A stretch of 64,000 bases of DNA from Mobula birostris (GCF_030028105.1 NC_092371.1:65862057-65926056); one strand, 5' to 3'; positions 12,761 to 24,128 are shown, numbered from the stretch's first letter. Translations and numbers: made by a program. The notes: generated by a model not told the origin, from the letters alone.

Positions 12761-14726
12761 TAAGGTATGATTTCCTCTATTGCGAAAGGGTATAATATCA
12801 AACCTAAGCAGTTCCAAAATTGAAACTGTGTTGAAGCCATGTTTTCTTTTGATAAGTGGTGCACAGTTGACTTTGTAGCAGAATTGGCAGTGAATGTGTG
12901 TAATGACAAAGCAGGACTTGAGTTAGCTAATGTCACCTATTGCAGCAACACCATGGATTTATGGGAAAATTGGGCAAGTTTCTTACTCCCGATCACCAAC
13001 TCTAAATCACTATTCTACATCTATGAACATTTGGTGAAGATAAAATTGAGATTGACAGGAAGGGTAATATTTGGGATGGGTGCAGATGGTGGTAGAATTC
13101 CATGCAGTCACTAAACACACTCTGCCTGTACTCACCCCCACAGATGAATTCATTCCAAATAACACCCTCTTGTATATATGTAGCACTAGTGATTGAAGAC
13201 AGAGATGAGGAGGGATTATTCCAACTGTTAAATGCATCCTAATAGCAATATTACTTCATTGGTGAATAAATTTTGGGCTAGACAATTTAAGTCGGGCAAC
13301 CCTAGAGCTATGAAGATCAAGATGACCATGGATTTAGACTACAATGAGAAGATAACAAGACATAGGACCAGAATTAGGCCATACAACTTATTGAGGCTGC
13401 TCCCCCATTCGATCTTGGTGACTGATTATCCCTCTCAACTCCATTTTCCATGATCTATCACGGACTTTATACAAGTAACTTGTGTTGTTCCTGAAGCCAG
13501 AAACCTTGGATATCCTTAAATTAAACCAGCTTAAAATATATATACTTTTAACATTTATTTTTGAATTAAATTAAATATGGCTGTAATAAGCTGTAATGAG
13601 CAGCAAGTTATTTGTGGATGTTGGAGAACCATCGAGAAGGGGCAAGATAAGGAGAAGGCAGGGGAATTGTTCCTTTGTAAAAAAATGGGGACAAGATTAA
13701 AAAATAGAACATCTGAAAGATAATCCTGAGAAGTTGCTTTGGTACTTCAGAGGTTAAACATGCTGCTTGGAGGGCTCCAGCTCTGGAAGGAAGATTTCTT
13801 CGATTCTTTCAACTCAGCAGGTTATTGGTGCCTTGGCTGTGAGCACAGTGGGGGCTGCAGTGAAGGAATCAGTCCTTAGCTGGGAAGTGCTGGTACAGAA
13901 AGAAAAATTACTGAGATGCTACAGAAAATGTCATTATCCAAGAACCAACCTACTGGAAAATTTATTCTCCGATGTATCTCCAAATCTACACTTTGAGGCA
14001 AGCCACCTGAATTATTGAAGCTGCTATCTAGGGGGCATATGTATTATTAATGGACTATAGTGTGTGGTCTCAACACAGTGTATGATTGACTATTTGAAGA
14101 CATGTTTGAGAGAAAGATTAGTATTTGGTTGAATTTGAAAGGGTTAGCTTGGAGCAGGGAATAATTCACTCTGATTGCAATGTTAATGGCCAAATTTTAA
14201 ATCCACCTGAACAATATGCATTGGTAATATTGATTACCCTAGCCAGATTTTTGCAGCAGTAACTACCTTTGCCCTCTGGGATTCAGATTCCATTATTGAT
14301 CATGTGCAGCAAAACAGTGAAATGCATCATTTGCATTAACAACCAACACAGCCTAAGGATGTGCTGAGGGCAGCCCACTAGTGTTAAAGGTAGATTTAAT
14401 ATCAAAGCACATATATGTCACCATATATAACACTGACATTTGTTTCCTTGTAGGCATACTCTTTAAATCCAATAACCATAATAGTATTAATGAAAGACCA
14501 CACCCAAAGGGGCAGACAATCAGTGTGCAAAAGACAACAAATTGCACAAATACAAAAGAATAAATAAATAAATAAATAAACAATAAATATGGAGAACAGG
14601 AGATGAAGAGTCCTTGAAAGTGAGTCCTTGAAAGTTGTGGGAACAGTTCAGTGATGGCGTGAGTGAAGTTATCCCCCATTTCAAGAGCCTGATGGCCACA
14701 CATTCTGGAACCAACACAGTACGACA

Positions 14727-14865
14727 AGACAAAATGCACTTTAATTAAACAGGATGACTGACAATAGTTGACAATGCTCACCAGAACAACACAGTAACTG
14801 TTACAGCTCAGAAACCATTGTCAACTATTGTCAGTCATCCTGTTTAATTAAAGTGCATTTTGTCT
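14727..14865. repeat. Perfect 50-bp inverted repeat with 39-bp spacer (MITE-like)
   Basis: 14727-14776 is the exact reverse complement of 14816-14865. Confidence 0.92.
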
Positions 14866-16303
14866 AGACATACATGTACTGGCTGCTGATTATAAGGCAC
14901 AAGGGACTGTACAGCAGTGGTAGCTTCCAAGGTTGCAGTCTCCCTCCTAATATTTCCAAATTGCCAGTGAATTCACTCTGGTATACCCTCACCCCATTCC
15001 CAAAAGTGTGGCGTTACAACATCAAGAGTGTTCAGTGCTGGCTGTATCATTGCAGCTTGTTGGGAGAGAGACAGATATTAGGCAATGACTATTCCGTTTA
15101 ACAAACTAAAAATAGTTATGAAAACCATTTTAAAATGGCTGCTTTTGACTCAAGTAAGTAATGTGGATTTATCTCTTATCAGTTGTTAAAGGATGCCTCA
15201 AAATCTTCACATTCAACAAGCTATTAATGTAGTGTAGACACTTATTGCATAGAAACAAGGTAACCAAGTACTTAGCACCGATGTCCACAATTACAATGTG
15301 ACCAATTGCCAGAGAATCTTGAGAGCTTTGTTTTGCCAAAGCCCCCAAGAGAATTCTACTTTTACTCATGAAATACTGTGATTAATTTCATAATGTCAAA
15401 CAGGGTAATATTCTGATCTGAAGGACAATACCATGCTCTTTTTTTTTGTGCTGAACTCAAATGGTATTTTAGATTATGTGTCACATCCTAAAAGGACCTT
15501 AGAATAGAGAGTTGAGTCAAGAAGATTGATGGAAAAACAATTGTTTTTAAGATCCCCTCCTGGAGAACTGAAAGGATACATTGTGTGAAATCACAAAGGC
15601 ATCTAATCTTTGAAAATCAAAAAGAAAAATAGCCAGAAAAGAAGCCCAAATGGCACTTTTAATTATTTTCATTAATTCATTCAATGAATTGGTTACCTAT
15701 TAAAAAGTCTCTGTGGAGAACAATCGTTGTGGTTAAAATCCCTTGTTACCAAAGCTAATGGGATGGTTAATTTATATATACAAGGTATGTATGTTTGCTG
15801 AAATTCCAAACAGATGTAGCATTTAACTTTATAATGTTTAATAAGGCTGCTTGATTGAGCTATTCTGACCAAAAAGGGGCTTTCTGGACTAAATTTGAGA
15901 GCTAAAGGATTGGTAATCCAACAATTCAATGCACCATACTCTTTTTATTTTGATATCCAGTTGGCTTTCAAGCATAACGTAAAGACTTGACACTTTAAAA
16001 GAAGAATTGTGAAATGAATTATTGAATGCAGTGGTGGGGTAAAAGTGCTAAAAATTGCAATGAAGTTGGTGGTGGCGTTTAATGACTATTGTTTCTAGTC
16101 TCATTAGTGAAAGCGCCATCGTTTCCTTAGAATGACTTTTTGATTATTGAACTGTGTAATTCTGTTGGAATTTTCAGCAAAATGGAGTAAAAAGTGCCAG
16201 GTTTGATGGAGTGGCAATAACTGAATATCTTTCAGTCATGCTTGTTAAAATTATCATAACTGTGCACAGTGACCTTGAACTGGAATTGTTTGACTCCTTT
16301 CAG

Positions 16304-16407
16304 GTGGTATTTTGGGAAGATTACTCGAAGAGAATCAGAACGAATGTTACTCAGCCCTGAAAATCCCAGAGGTACCTTTTTGGTCAGAGAGAGTGAGACC
16401 ACAAAAG
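16304..16407 (+). CDS. SRC: SRC coding exon, SH2 N-terminal part ([34 protein letters not shown])
   Basis: ctttcag acceptor and aag|gtaatt donor; 104 bp; in phase with the previous exon; FLVRES phosphotyrosine-binding motif; KITRRESER is SRC-diagnostic. Confidence 0.96.
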
Positions 16408-16511
16408 GTAATTATTAATTCTAATGAATGAATGAAATTCCTTTTAGAAAGATATCGTGTTGTTTTCTTTCCCTGTGGAGTTCCTTTGCTAATTGATTTT
16501 TTTTGACTAAA

Positions 16512-16756
16512 TGTAGGATGTTTTGTAACTCCAAAACATAAAACTAATTTAAATGGAAAATGCAGAGTCCAGAATCCAAGGCTAACTTTGTTTATTTGAA
16601 GTGAGCCACACATTCATTATGTGGTGGCGTGATGACATATTCCATTTACGTACTTTTACAGATAACCCACAATGCATTATGTAAACAACAAAGAAAGCCT
16701 AATGAAACAGTGCATTTACAATATTCAAATGCTACTGAAATATTAAATATGCAACA
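16512..16756 (-). repeat. 3' LTR
   Basis: tg..ttttgtaactccaaaaca ... gcAACA, followed by cttctccct (PPT on the minus strand). Left edge uncertain by 2 bp. Confidence 0.85.
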
Positions 16757-16882
16757 CTTCTCCCTGCTTAGCTATAAATTCAATATAGAATGCATCTCAG
16801 CTATATACACAGTATACTATGTAATACAACTACTATATAGATATCCACAGCATAGTACATTTTAAGTTATCCTGTTTAGGCC

Positions 16883-17046
16883 CTAAAGATTTAATTGCTG
16901 TAGAAGATTTCTTGCTCTTGAGGCATAGTGTCTTTCCTGTAAGACACTATGGCAGGTAACCTGTGGCTGGGAAAACAGTCTCCTCCGTGGTGGTTGTAGG
17001 AGTTGACTTTGAGACTGCAGGAAGCATTTCTAATAGCTCCAGGCAC
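16883..17046 (-). pseudogene. Gypsy pol/integrase extreme C-terminal remnant
   Basis: LPAVSKSTPTTTTEE then, after a frameshift, QERHYASRARNLLQQLNL-stop, resembling the RRYPxRxRxPPxRL terminal motif of Gypsy integrases. Confidence 0.65.
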
Positions 17047-17049
17047 CTT

Positions 17050-17740
17050 TCTTCTCCTTTTCTTGGCTTTTCTGTCTGGATCTACTTCGATCCTTGCTTT
17101 TCTCCCGGACCCAGTTTCTTTCTCTTTCTCTTTATCCTCCTCTTTCTTTTCCTTTTTCTTTTTTCTAGGATGCGCATCTTCATCTTAGGAAGGTGCATTT
17201 AGTTCACTGGAGTGTTCTGTTATTAATCTTTCTATTGCTCCCTTTACAATCTGATCTCTCCTCTTGGTTTTCTCATTCACAACGTCATCTGATAAATCTT
17301 CTGTGATTGGATCTTCATTGACTCCTTTATTTTTGGCCTTCCATTCATGCAGCTGGGCTTTGGTCTTTGCATCTACTTTTACAAGCAGCTTTTTGTCTCC
17401 TACATGAAGTTCATGCAATAACCTTAATGCACGCAGAGTAGATTCTGGTTCATTATACTCACAAATGCTGAATGCTTGCAACTTTCCTGAAGCTCCTTGA
17501 ACTCTCTTCCAGCTTAAAACCGAGCCACATTTCACAGATACCTGCATGATTACCATATCAGAAGCTTTCTCAGATATGTCGCCCACAAAAACGATTGTAG
17601 TCAAACCACTGCTTTCATCACTTTGATAATTCCTCTGAGCAGCATGGTCCTTCCTTGGTACACTAACCAGAGGTACAGAGGTTGGCACCAATACCTGTGT
17701 CCTCTGATGTGCAATGGTTCATGGTGTACAGCATGGACAC
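17050..17740 (-). pseudogene. RBM25: Processed RBM25 fragment (RRM plus part of the RE/RS-rich region) inside the LTR element
   Basis: ORF 17185..17691 VFVGDISEKASDM..SWKRVQGASGKLQAF..EPESTLRALRLLHEL..KKLLVKVDAKTKAQL..SSELNAPS matches RBM25; intronless, no ATG (TTG in the ORF track), stop after APS, substitutions in RNP1/RNP2. Confidence 0.92.
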
Positions 17741-17744
17741 AGTT

Positions 17745-18969
17745 GTGGCATCATCCAGTACTTTTCTTAATTTGCTTTCAGTTGGCTGTTACAAGGGATG
17801 TGGGATAGATCTTCAATCAAGATGTAGTTGTCTCAGCCAGTCATGTCCCCACGGTGCTGGTCCTCCTGTTTTTACCACATACAAGCCCAATGGGTCTTGT
17901 TATAGTTCACTATCACAGATGTCACTCCCACAGGAGTTAGCTTTTCTCCAGTATAAGTTCTTAGTTGGATATCTGCAGGCCTCAGTTTAGTATCTTTGAA
18001 ATCCATTCAGACTCATTTTGTGTAATGACTGATACCGCCGAGCCAGTGTCCAATTCAATTTTAATTAATTTGTGTTCACTTCTGGTATAAGCCATATTGC
18101 TTGGCTCTTGATAGTTTTTACACTGTAACTCTCAAGGCTATTCAGTTCAGCATCACACACCATGACCAGATTTTTCATCAACAACATGCAGATTAATGCT
18201 CTTTTCGAAACTGCAACTTGACTTTTTATCTTTTTCTCTTCCCTGTGCAACCCATTTATTTTTATCTGCCTGACATAAGCTTTGTATGTGTCCTACTTGG
18301 TTGCATTTTCTCCAAGTTTCACCTTTAAGTCTGCATTGGTCTGGTATATCTGAGTCCTTGCCATAACGGTAACAGTTTGTTTGACCAGGCAGTTTCTGTT
18401 TAGACATTGCAATTTTGTTCACGCTCACTTTAATTTCTGACTGCAAGGCAATTGCGTCTCTGTCTGCTGTTTCCATTGGTATAGGAACTTCAACTGCACT
18501 TTGAAATGTAAATTGGGCTTCAGTTAGGAGTTATTTTTGAATGCTTTCTTGTAAGATTCCACGAACTAAACAATTTCTCCATGCACAAGGAAGCCCATTA
18601 CTGAACTGACAATGTTCAGACAATCTCTTAAATTCAGCTACATACGCTGAAATTGACTCCTCTTTCTTTTGGTTCAACTTATGAAACCTAAAGTGTGCTG
18701 CAATCAACAATGGTTTCAGCTCTAAGTATTTCTGCATTACTTTCATGATCGTCTTTATTTTCACAAAGCTCATTTTGGCTGGTTTGGTTGGATCAGTCAA
18801 ACTCCTAAGCAAACTGTATGGTTCTCCACCCAATGCACTCTGTCAAACTGGTATTTGTTTCTCATCTGCTATTTCATTTGCATTAAAATAATGTTCAATC
18901 TATTCCATATATATTCCAGTTACCTTTTGTGTAATCAAATATATCAATATTTTGGATGCAGCCAGCCAC
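17745..18969 (-). pseudogene. Gypsy gag-protease remnant
   Basis: YSLLRSLTDPTKP..RFHKLNQKKEESISAYVAEFKRLSEHCQF (gag), CYRYGKDSD..CNQVGHIQSLC (decayed CCHC), ELDTGSAVSVI (aspartic protease, ~18030-18056); stops and frameshifts present. Confidence 0.88.
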
Positions 18970-19230
18970 TTCTGCCCCTTTTTAAAATGATTATCACCAG
19001 GTACTGTTTATGAAACCAAGAATTCTTCTGTTTTCTCCCTATTTTTGTTTACTCGATTGTCTTTTCTTTCACAAAGAAAACATGCTGCTCGAAAGAAAAG
19101 AAAATGAGCTGTGCTTTTTTAAAACTTGACTGTTTCTCACTGCACTTCTTTTTAAAAGCTGCAATGTCTCGCTACGCTTCAGCAGGAAGGTAGTCATCTT
19201 GGGTTCACTTTAAAAATACCTCGTCATCAC

Positions 19231-20171
19231 TGTTGTGTTTTGTAACTCCAAAACAAAAAAATTAATTTAAAAGAAAAACGCGTAGAGTCCAGAATGCAAG
19301 TCTGACTTCGTTTTGTACTTTAAGTGAGGCATGTACATATCATGTGGTGGTGTGTTGGCGTATACCGTTTACGTACTGTTATAGATGACCTGCAATGCGT
19401 TATGTAAACAACAAATTCTAAATCAAACGTGATATTAGATTATGAGAACACTCGGTCCTCTTTTTATTGTCATTTAGAAATGCATACATGCATTAAGAAA
19501 TGATACAATGTTTCTCCAGAGTGATATCACAGAAAACAGGACAAACCAAAGACTAACACTGACTGAACCACATAATTATAACATATAGTTACAGCAGTGC
19601 AAAGCAATACCATAATTTGATGAAGAACAAACCATGGGCATGGTAAATAAAGTCTCAAAAGTCCCCGAGTTGATCGACTCCTGAGTCCTCGATAGCAGGT
19701 GGGAAAAGGGAGAAACTTCCTGCCATAAACCTGCAGGCACCGTCAACTTACCGATGCCTTGGAAGCAACCGATCACAGCCGACACGGAGTCCATCCGTCC
19801 AAAAACTTCAAGCTTCCAACCAGCCTCTCCGATACAGCCTCCCGAGCGCCATCCTCTGCCGAGCGCCTTCGACCTTGCTCCGGCCGCTGAAACATGCAAA
19901 GCCGAGGATTTCGGGACCTTCTGCATCAGAGATTCCGTTTACCACACAGTAGCAGCGGCAGCGAAGCAGGCATTTCAGAAGTTTTCCAGATGTTCCTCCG
20001 TACTCTCACGTCTGTCTCCATCAAATCAGGATTGTGCACGGTCCCCTACTTGACAGATAACAGACATCACCACCGAAGTGGCCGCGTGCACTGCCGTCGC
20101 GCCGCCATCTTCTCCTCCCTCCCACATTCACAATATTACTCAAATACTACTGAAATATTAAATACACAACA
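19231..20171 (-). repeat. 5' LTR, split by a ~690-bp insertion
   Basis: TGTtgtgttttgtaactccaaaac at 19231; LTR sequence resumes ~20124 and ends acACAACA at 20171. Confidence 0.85.
19434..20123 (-). mobile_element. Short non-autonomous non-LTR retroelement nested in the LTR
   Basis: GC-rich 5' end aagatggcggcg; 3' end gacaataaa..ctcataatcta(a); the same tail occurs on + at ~32200-32298. Confidence 0.7.
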
Positions 20172-20461
20172 TTCACAATCAATTATGCACCATAATGGCA
20201 TATTAATGTACTGAGGAGTAGCAGACTTTTGTAATCTTGTACATACTGGTTGTACAATCCAAGAATATCTTCAATGGACTTAGCCAAAATCAATTGAAAT
20301 CTACCCTGCTGCTGAGATCGATGCATTCTTCTGCATTTAAAAGAAATTGAGTTATTAAGCAAATGAAAGGACAGATCCTTTTCAATAGGAGAGGCTCATG
20401 ACGGAAATATGAATATCGTGATTATTTTGCACCGATTTTCCCAGCCATGGAGGGTTTTTCA

Positions 20462-20780
20462 GGGGTAGCACAGTAGCGTAGTGGTTAGCACAACACTTTA
20501 TAGTACCAGCGACCTGGTTTCAATTCCCACTGTTGTCTGTAAGGAGTTGTATGTTCTCCCCGTGACCGTGTGGGTTTCCTATAGGTGCTCTGTTTCCTCC
20601 CACAGGTCAAAGATGCACCGGTTGGTAGGTTAATTGGTCATTGTACACTGTCCCATGATGTTCTGTTTGCGCTGGAAGTGCACTGACACTTGAGGGCTGC
20701 CACCAGCACACTTGTTGCTGATCTGATTTGACGCAAAGAATGCATTTCATGTATGTTTTGATGTACATGTTAAACTGAGC
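20462..20780 (+). mobile_element. V-SINE copy
   Basis: A box tagcgtagtgg, B box gtttcaattcc and V core. Confidence 0.8.
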
Positions 20781-21745
20781 TGCTGCTTATGCAGTCTAGG
20801 CTAAAAGCCAGCAATAATTTTAATATTCTTGCTGTGCTCTTGGCCAAATAGTCAACGATGACCCTGATAATCAAAAGAATCAAAGCCCAAGCACGGCCCT
20901 GAGATGATACATGTGTTGATTTCAGAGCTTGAGGAAGTGAATGAAATGGCTATGTTCTCTTTCCTTAAATGTTACTGAATGACAGGCTTTTTCTCTAAAA
21001 CTGTATCCTCAAGAACCCGTTTGGTCTTGCTAAAGAAGAATGGTTTTGGCTAAAAGCACTGGAACCTGAAAAACACTCAGAACGAAATGATGGACTATGA
21101 AAGTTAGGGTCAGAAAGCAAATTCATTTGTTAGTCTTTTATTGTGTGTGGGGTTGAGGGGAGGTTGCTGGTGATGGAGGAGGTGATTCTCTGTCACTTAC
21201 ACAAAGTCTGACGAGCCTGATTCAGATCGCTTTTGAGCACTTGAGTAAGCATTCTCAGTTAAAGCAAGCTGAAATGCATCTTGCCTTCACCAAAGATTTT
21301 TATTCTTGAGCTCTTACTAGTGTGTAAGAATGTAGGATGTGGAAAGTGGTGCCCTTGGGCTACGGCTTGACAGCTTCTCACTCGTGCATTACTTCTGCTT
21401 CATTGTTTCTGTGCAGAGGGCAAATGTGAGTTCCTGTCATTTAGTACAATGATGAAAAGAACAATATTTCACAAGGTCTGTTGACAGTAGCAAGCAAATC
21501 TTCTCCATTTTGACATGTGTAGTGCTCCCCATTTTGTAAGCTTTCGTGACAATTTACAAAACAGCAGACTAAAAGAAGGTAAGTGCGAGACAACAGAACT
21601 TGAAATGTTCTTTTGGCTACAGCTTTTCGAAATGACTAAGAGTTCACTGGGTGACTGGATGAGCATAAAATTCATGCGGTGAAGTAGAGACTTAATTACA
21701 GGCCATACAAAATGTGGAGTTGTCCCTCAGCAAAAATACTGTCAC

Positions 21746-22222
21746 TAGTCATAGTCATAGTTATAGTCACACTTTATTGATCCCGGGGGAGATTGGTTTT
21801 CGTTACAGTTGCACCATAAGTAATAAATAGTAATAGAACCATAAATAGTTAAATAGTAATATGTAAATTATGCCAGTAAATTATGAACTGTCCAGGACCA
21901 GCCTATTGGCTCAGGGTCTCTGATCCTCCAAGGGAGGAGTTGTAAAGTTTGATGGCCACAGGCAGGAATGACTTTCTATCACGCCCTGTGATGCATCTTG
22001 GTGGAATCAGTCTCTGGCTGAATGTACTCCTGTGCCCACCCAGTACATTATGTAGTGGATGGGAGATATTGTCCAAGATGGCATGCAACTTAGACAGCAT
22101 CCTCTTTTCAGACACCACCGTCAGAGAGTCCAGTTCCATCCCCACAACATCACTGGCCTTATGAATGAGCTTATTGATTCTGTTGGTGTCTGCCACCCTC
22201 AGCCTGCTGCCCCAGCACACAA
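21746..22222 (-). mobile_element. Rex1/Babar-like LINE 3' end with (GACTAT)n tail
   Basis: ORF 21903..22235 VVCWGS..SHPLH..RKSFLPVAIKLYN. Confidence 0.8.
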
Positions 22223-22686
22223 CATTCCTGATCAAAACTTCTCCATGGACGGCTTCCAGACCATTCCAGCTGACCAGAAGTGCACTGAGAGCGGTAAGCG
22301 TAAAGGAGTTGGGTGCTTACTGTTCTGGTTAACAACAGATGGTGCAACTCGGGTCATATTACGATCGAGGAACGTGTTTGTAGACCGGATATTGAACTTT
22401 TTACTGTTGGACTTCGGCCACATTCCACCGAGATACAACACCGGGTGGCACGGGAGGTCGTTCCTGCCTGTGGCCATCGAACGTGCAGCTCCTCCCATGG
22501 AGGGTCAGACACCCTGCGCCAATAGACTGGTTCTGGACTTATTTTCCATCTGGCATAGTTTGCATTTTGTTGCTTGATTGTTTGTGGTTTTTGTATTGCT
22601 ATATTTACGCTCTATTCTTGGTTGGTGCGGCTGTAACGAAACCAAATTTTCCTTGGGATTAATAAAATATATCTATCTATCTATCT
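22223..22686 (+). mobile_element. Rex1/Babar-like LINE, endonuclease fragment fused to a 3' end with (TATC)n tail
   Basis: DGFQTIxADxKCTESGKRKG..VNNRWC (APE), then RSFLPVAI and aataaa(tatc)n. Confidence 0.75.
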
Positions 22687-23066
22687 ATATTGCGGTGTTT
22701 TTGCGCACTTGTCATACCTTCCCCTATCTCGCCGTGCTTTCATGCACCTCCCATAGCTTCCCCTACATCGCTGTGTTTTCGCACACCTCCCATAGCTTCC
22801 CCTATATCGCTGTTTTCACGCACCTCCCATAGCTTCCCCTACATCGCTATGTTTTCGCGCACCTCCCATAGCTTCCTCTATATCGCTGTGTTTTCGCGCA
22901 CCTCCCATAGCTTTCCCTGTATCACTGTGTTTTCGCGCACCTCTCATACCTTCCCCTATATCGCTGTGTTTTCGCGCACCTCCCATAGCTTCCCCTATAT
23001 CGCCGTGTTTTTGCGCACCTCTCATAGCTTCCCTTATATTGCCTTGTTTTCGTGCACCTCTCATAC
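22685..23066. repeat. 39-bp minisatellite, about 10 units
   Basis: Unit cctcccatagcttcccctatatcgctgtgttttcgcgca. Confidence 0.95.
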
Positions 23067-23094
23067 TAGGAAGTACATAGTAACCAAATGGCAA

Positions 23095-23760
23095 ACACAA
23101 AGTGCTCAAGGAGCTCAGAAGGCCAGGTAGCATCTATAGAAAAAGCAGGATCTCCCAGTGGCCACCCATTTTATTTCCACTTCCTATTCCCATTCCAATA
23201 TGTCCATCCATGGCCTCCTCTACTGTAGTGACGAGGCCACACTTCGGTTGGAGGAAACACACTTTATATTCTGTCGGGGTAGCCTCCAACCTGATGGCAT
23301 AAGCATTGATTTCTTGAACTTCCGGTAATTCTGCCCCCCCCCACCCCCCACCCAACCATTCTCCATCCCCTTTTCCCTCCCTCACCTTATGTCCTTGTCT
23401 GCCCAGTGCTTCCCTCTGTTGCTCCTCACCCCTTTTCTTTCTTCCATGGCCTTCTCTCCTCTTCTGTCAGACTCCCCCTTCTCCATTCTCCGGCCCTGTA
23501 TCTCTTTCACCAATCAACGTCCCAACTTTTACTTCATCCCTCCCCTTCAGGTTTCACCTATCACCTTGTGCTTCTCTCTCCTCTCTCCCCACCTTTTAAA
23601 TCTACTGCTCCGCTTTTATTTTTAGCTCCAGTCCTGCCGAAGGGTCTCGGCCCAAAACCTCAACTGTACTCTTTTCCATAGATGCTGCCTGGCTTGCTGA
23701 GTTCCTCCAGCATTTTGTGTGGGCTGCATGAATTTCCAGCATCTGAAGATTTTTTCTTGC
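23095..23760 (+). mobile_element. Penelope-like element 3' fragment with short inverted terminal segment
   Basis: HFxSTSxSHSNMSIHGLLYC..RLEExHxIF..SLQPDG remnant and decayed hammerhead end. Confidence 0.8.
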
Positions 23761-24128
23761 AAGTAACCAATTGGAATGGCTTCTGATGTTATCAAGTCCT
23801 AGACAATATTTGGGTTGGTGATATAACTGCAAGATAATAGATTCAAGGTCTAGTTCACTGCCAAGTTGGTGAAAGCATTCTGGGAACCTCATTGCATTGA
23901 TTTCACTATGGCACTGTAAGTATTTTAAGTTAAATCTGAATAGTGTTTTGAGTTAACATTATTGGTTGGACAATGATTGATTAGTCAAATAAATTTAGCA
24001 ATTTAGAACTGAACTAGGCACTTAGTTTGCAGCAGTACTATAGCTTTTTAAATACCCATCACCAAATAAAAATCTGCAATCTTGGAAATGGTTGGAAGGG
24101 TTCATTTCATTAAAAAGTCTTATATATT

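Larger units (their letters stand above)
16512..20171 (-). mobile_element. Ty3/Gypsy-type LTR retrotransposon, non-autonomous, carrying a captured RBM25 fragment
   Basis: Paired LTRs (16512-16756; 19231-20171, interrupted); PBS-like gtgatgacgagg next to the 5' LTR; PPT agggagaag next to the 3' LTR; gag, Zn knuckle, protease and integrase tail; no RT/RH/INT core. Confidence 0.9.

Noticed and set aside
17185-17691. RBM25 as a functional nested gene
   Set aside because: Partial, intronless, no ATG, premature stop, lacks the PWI domain, embedded in an LTR element.
16505-20180. Target-site duplication for the Gypsy element
   Set aside because: Flanks (ctaaa versus ttcac) do not match; none claimed.
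22690-23133. 13-aa repeat protein or CRISPR-like array
   Set aside because: Head-to-tail 39-bp minisatellite without unique spacers, in vertebrate intron DNA; one unit shifts the frame.
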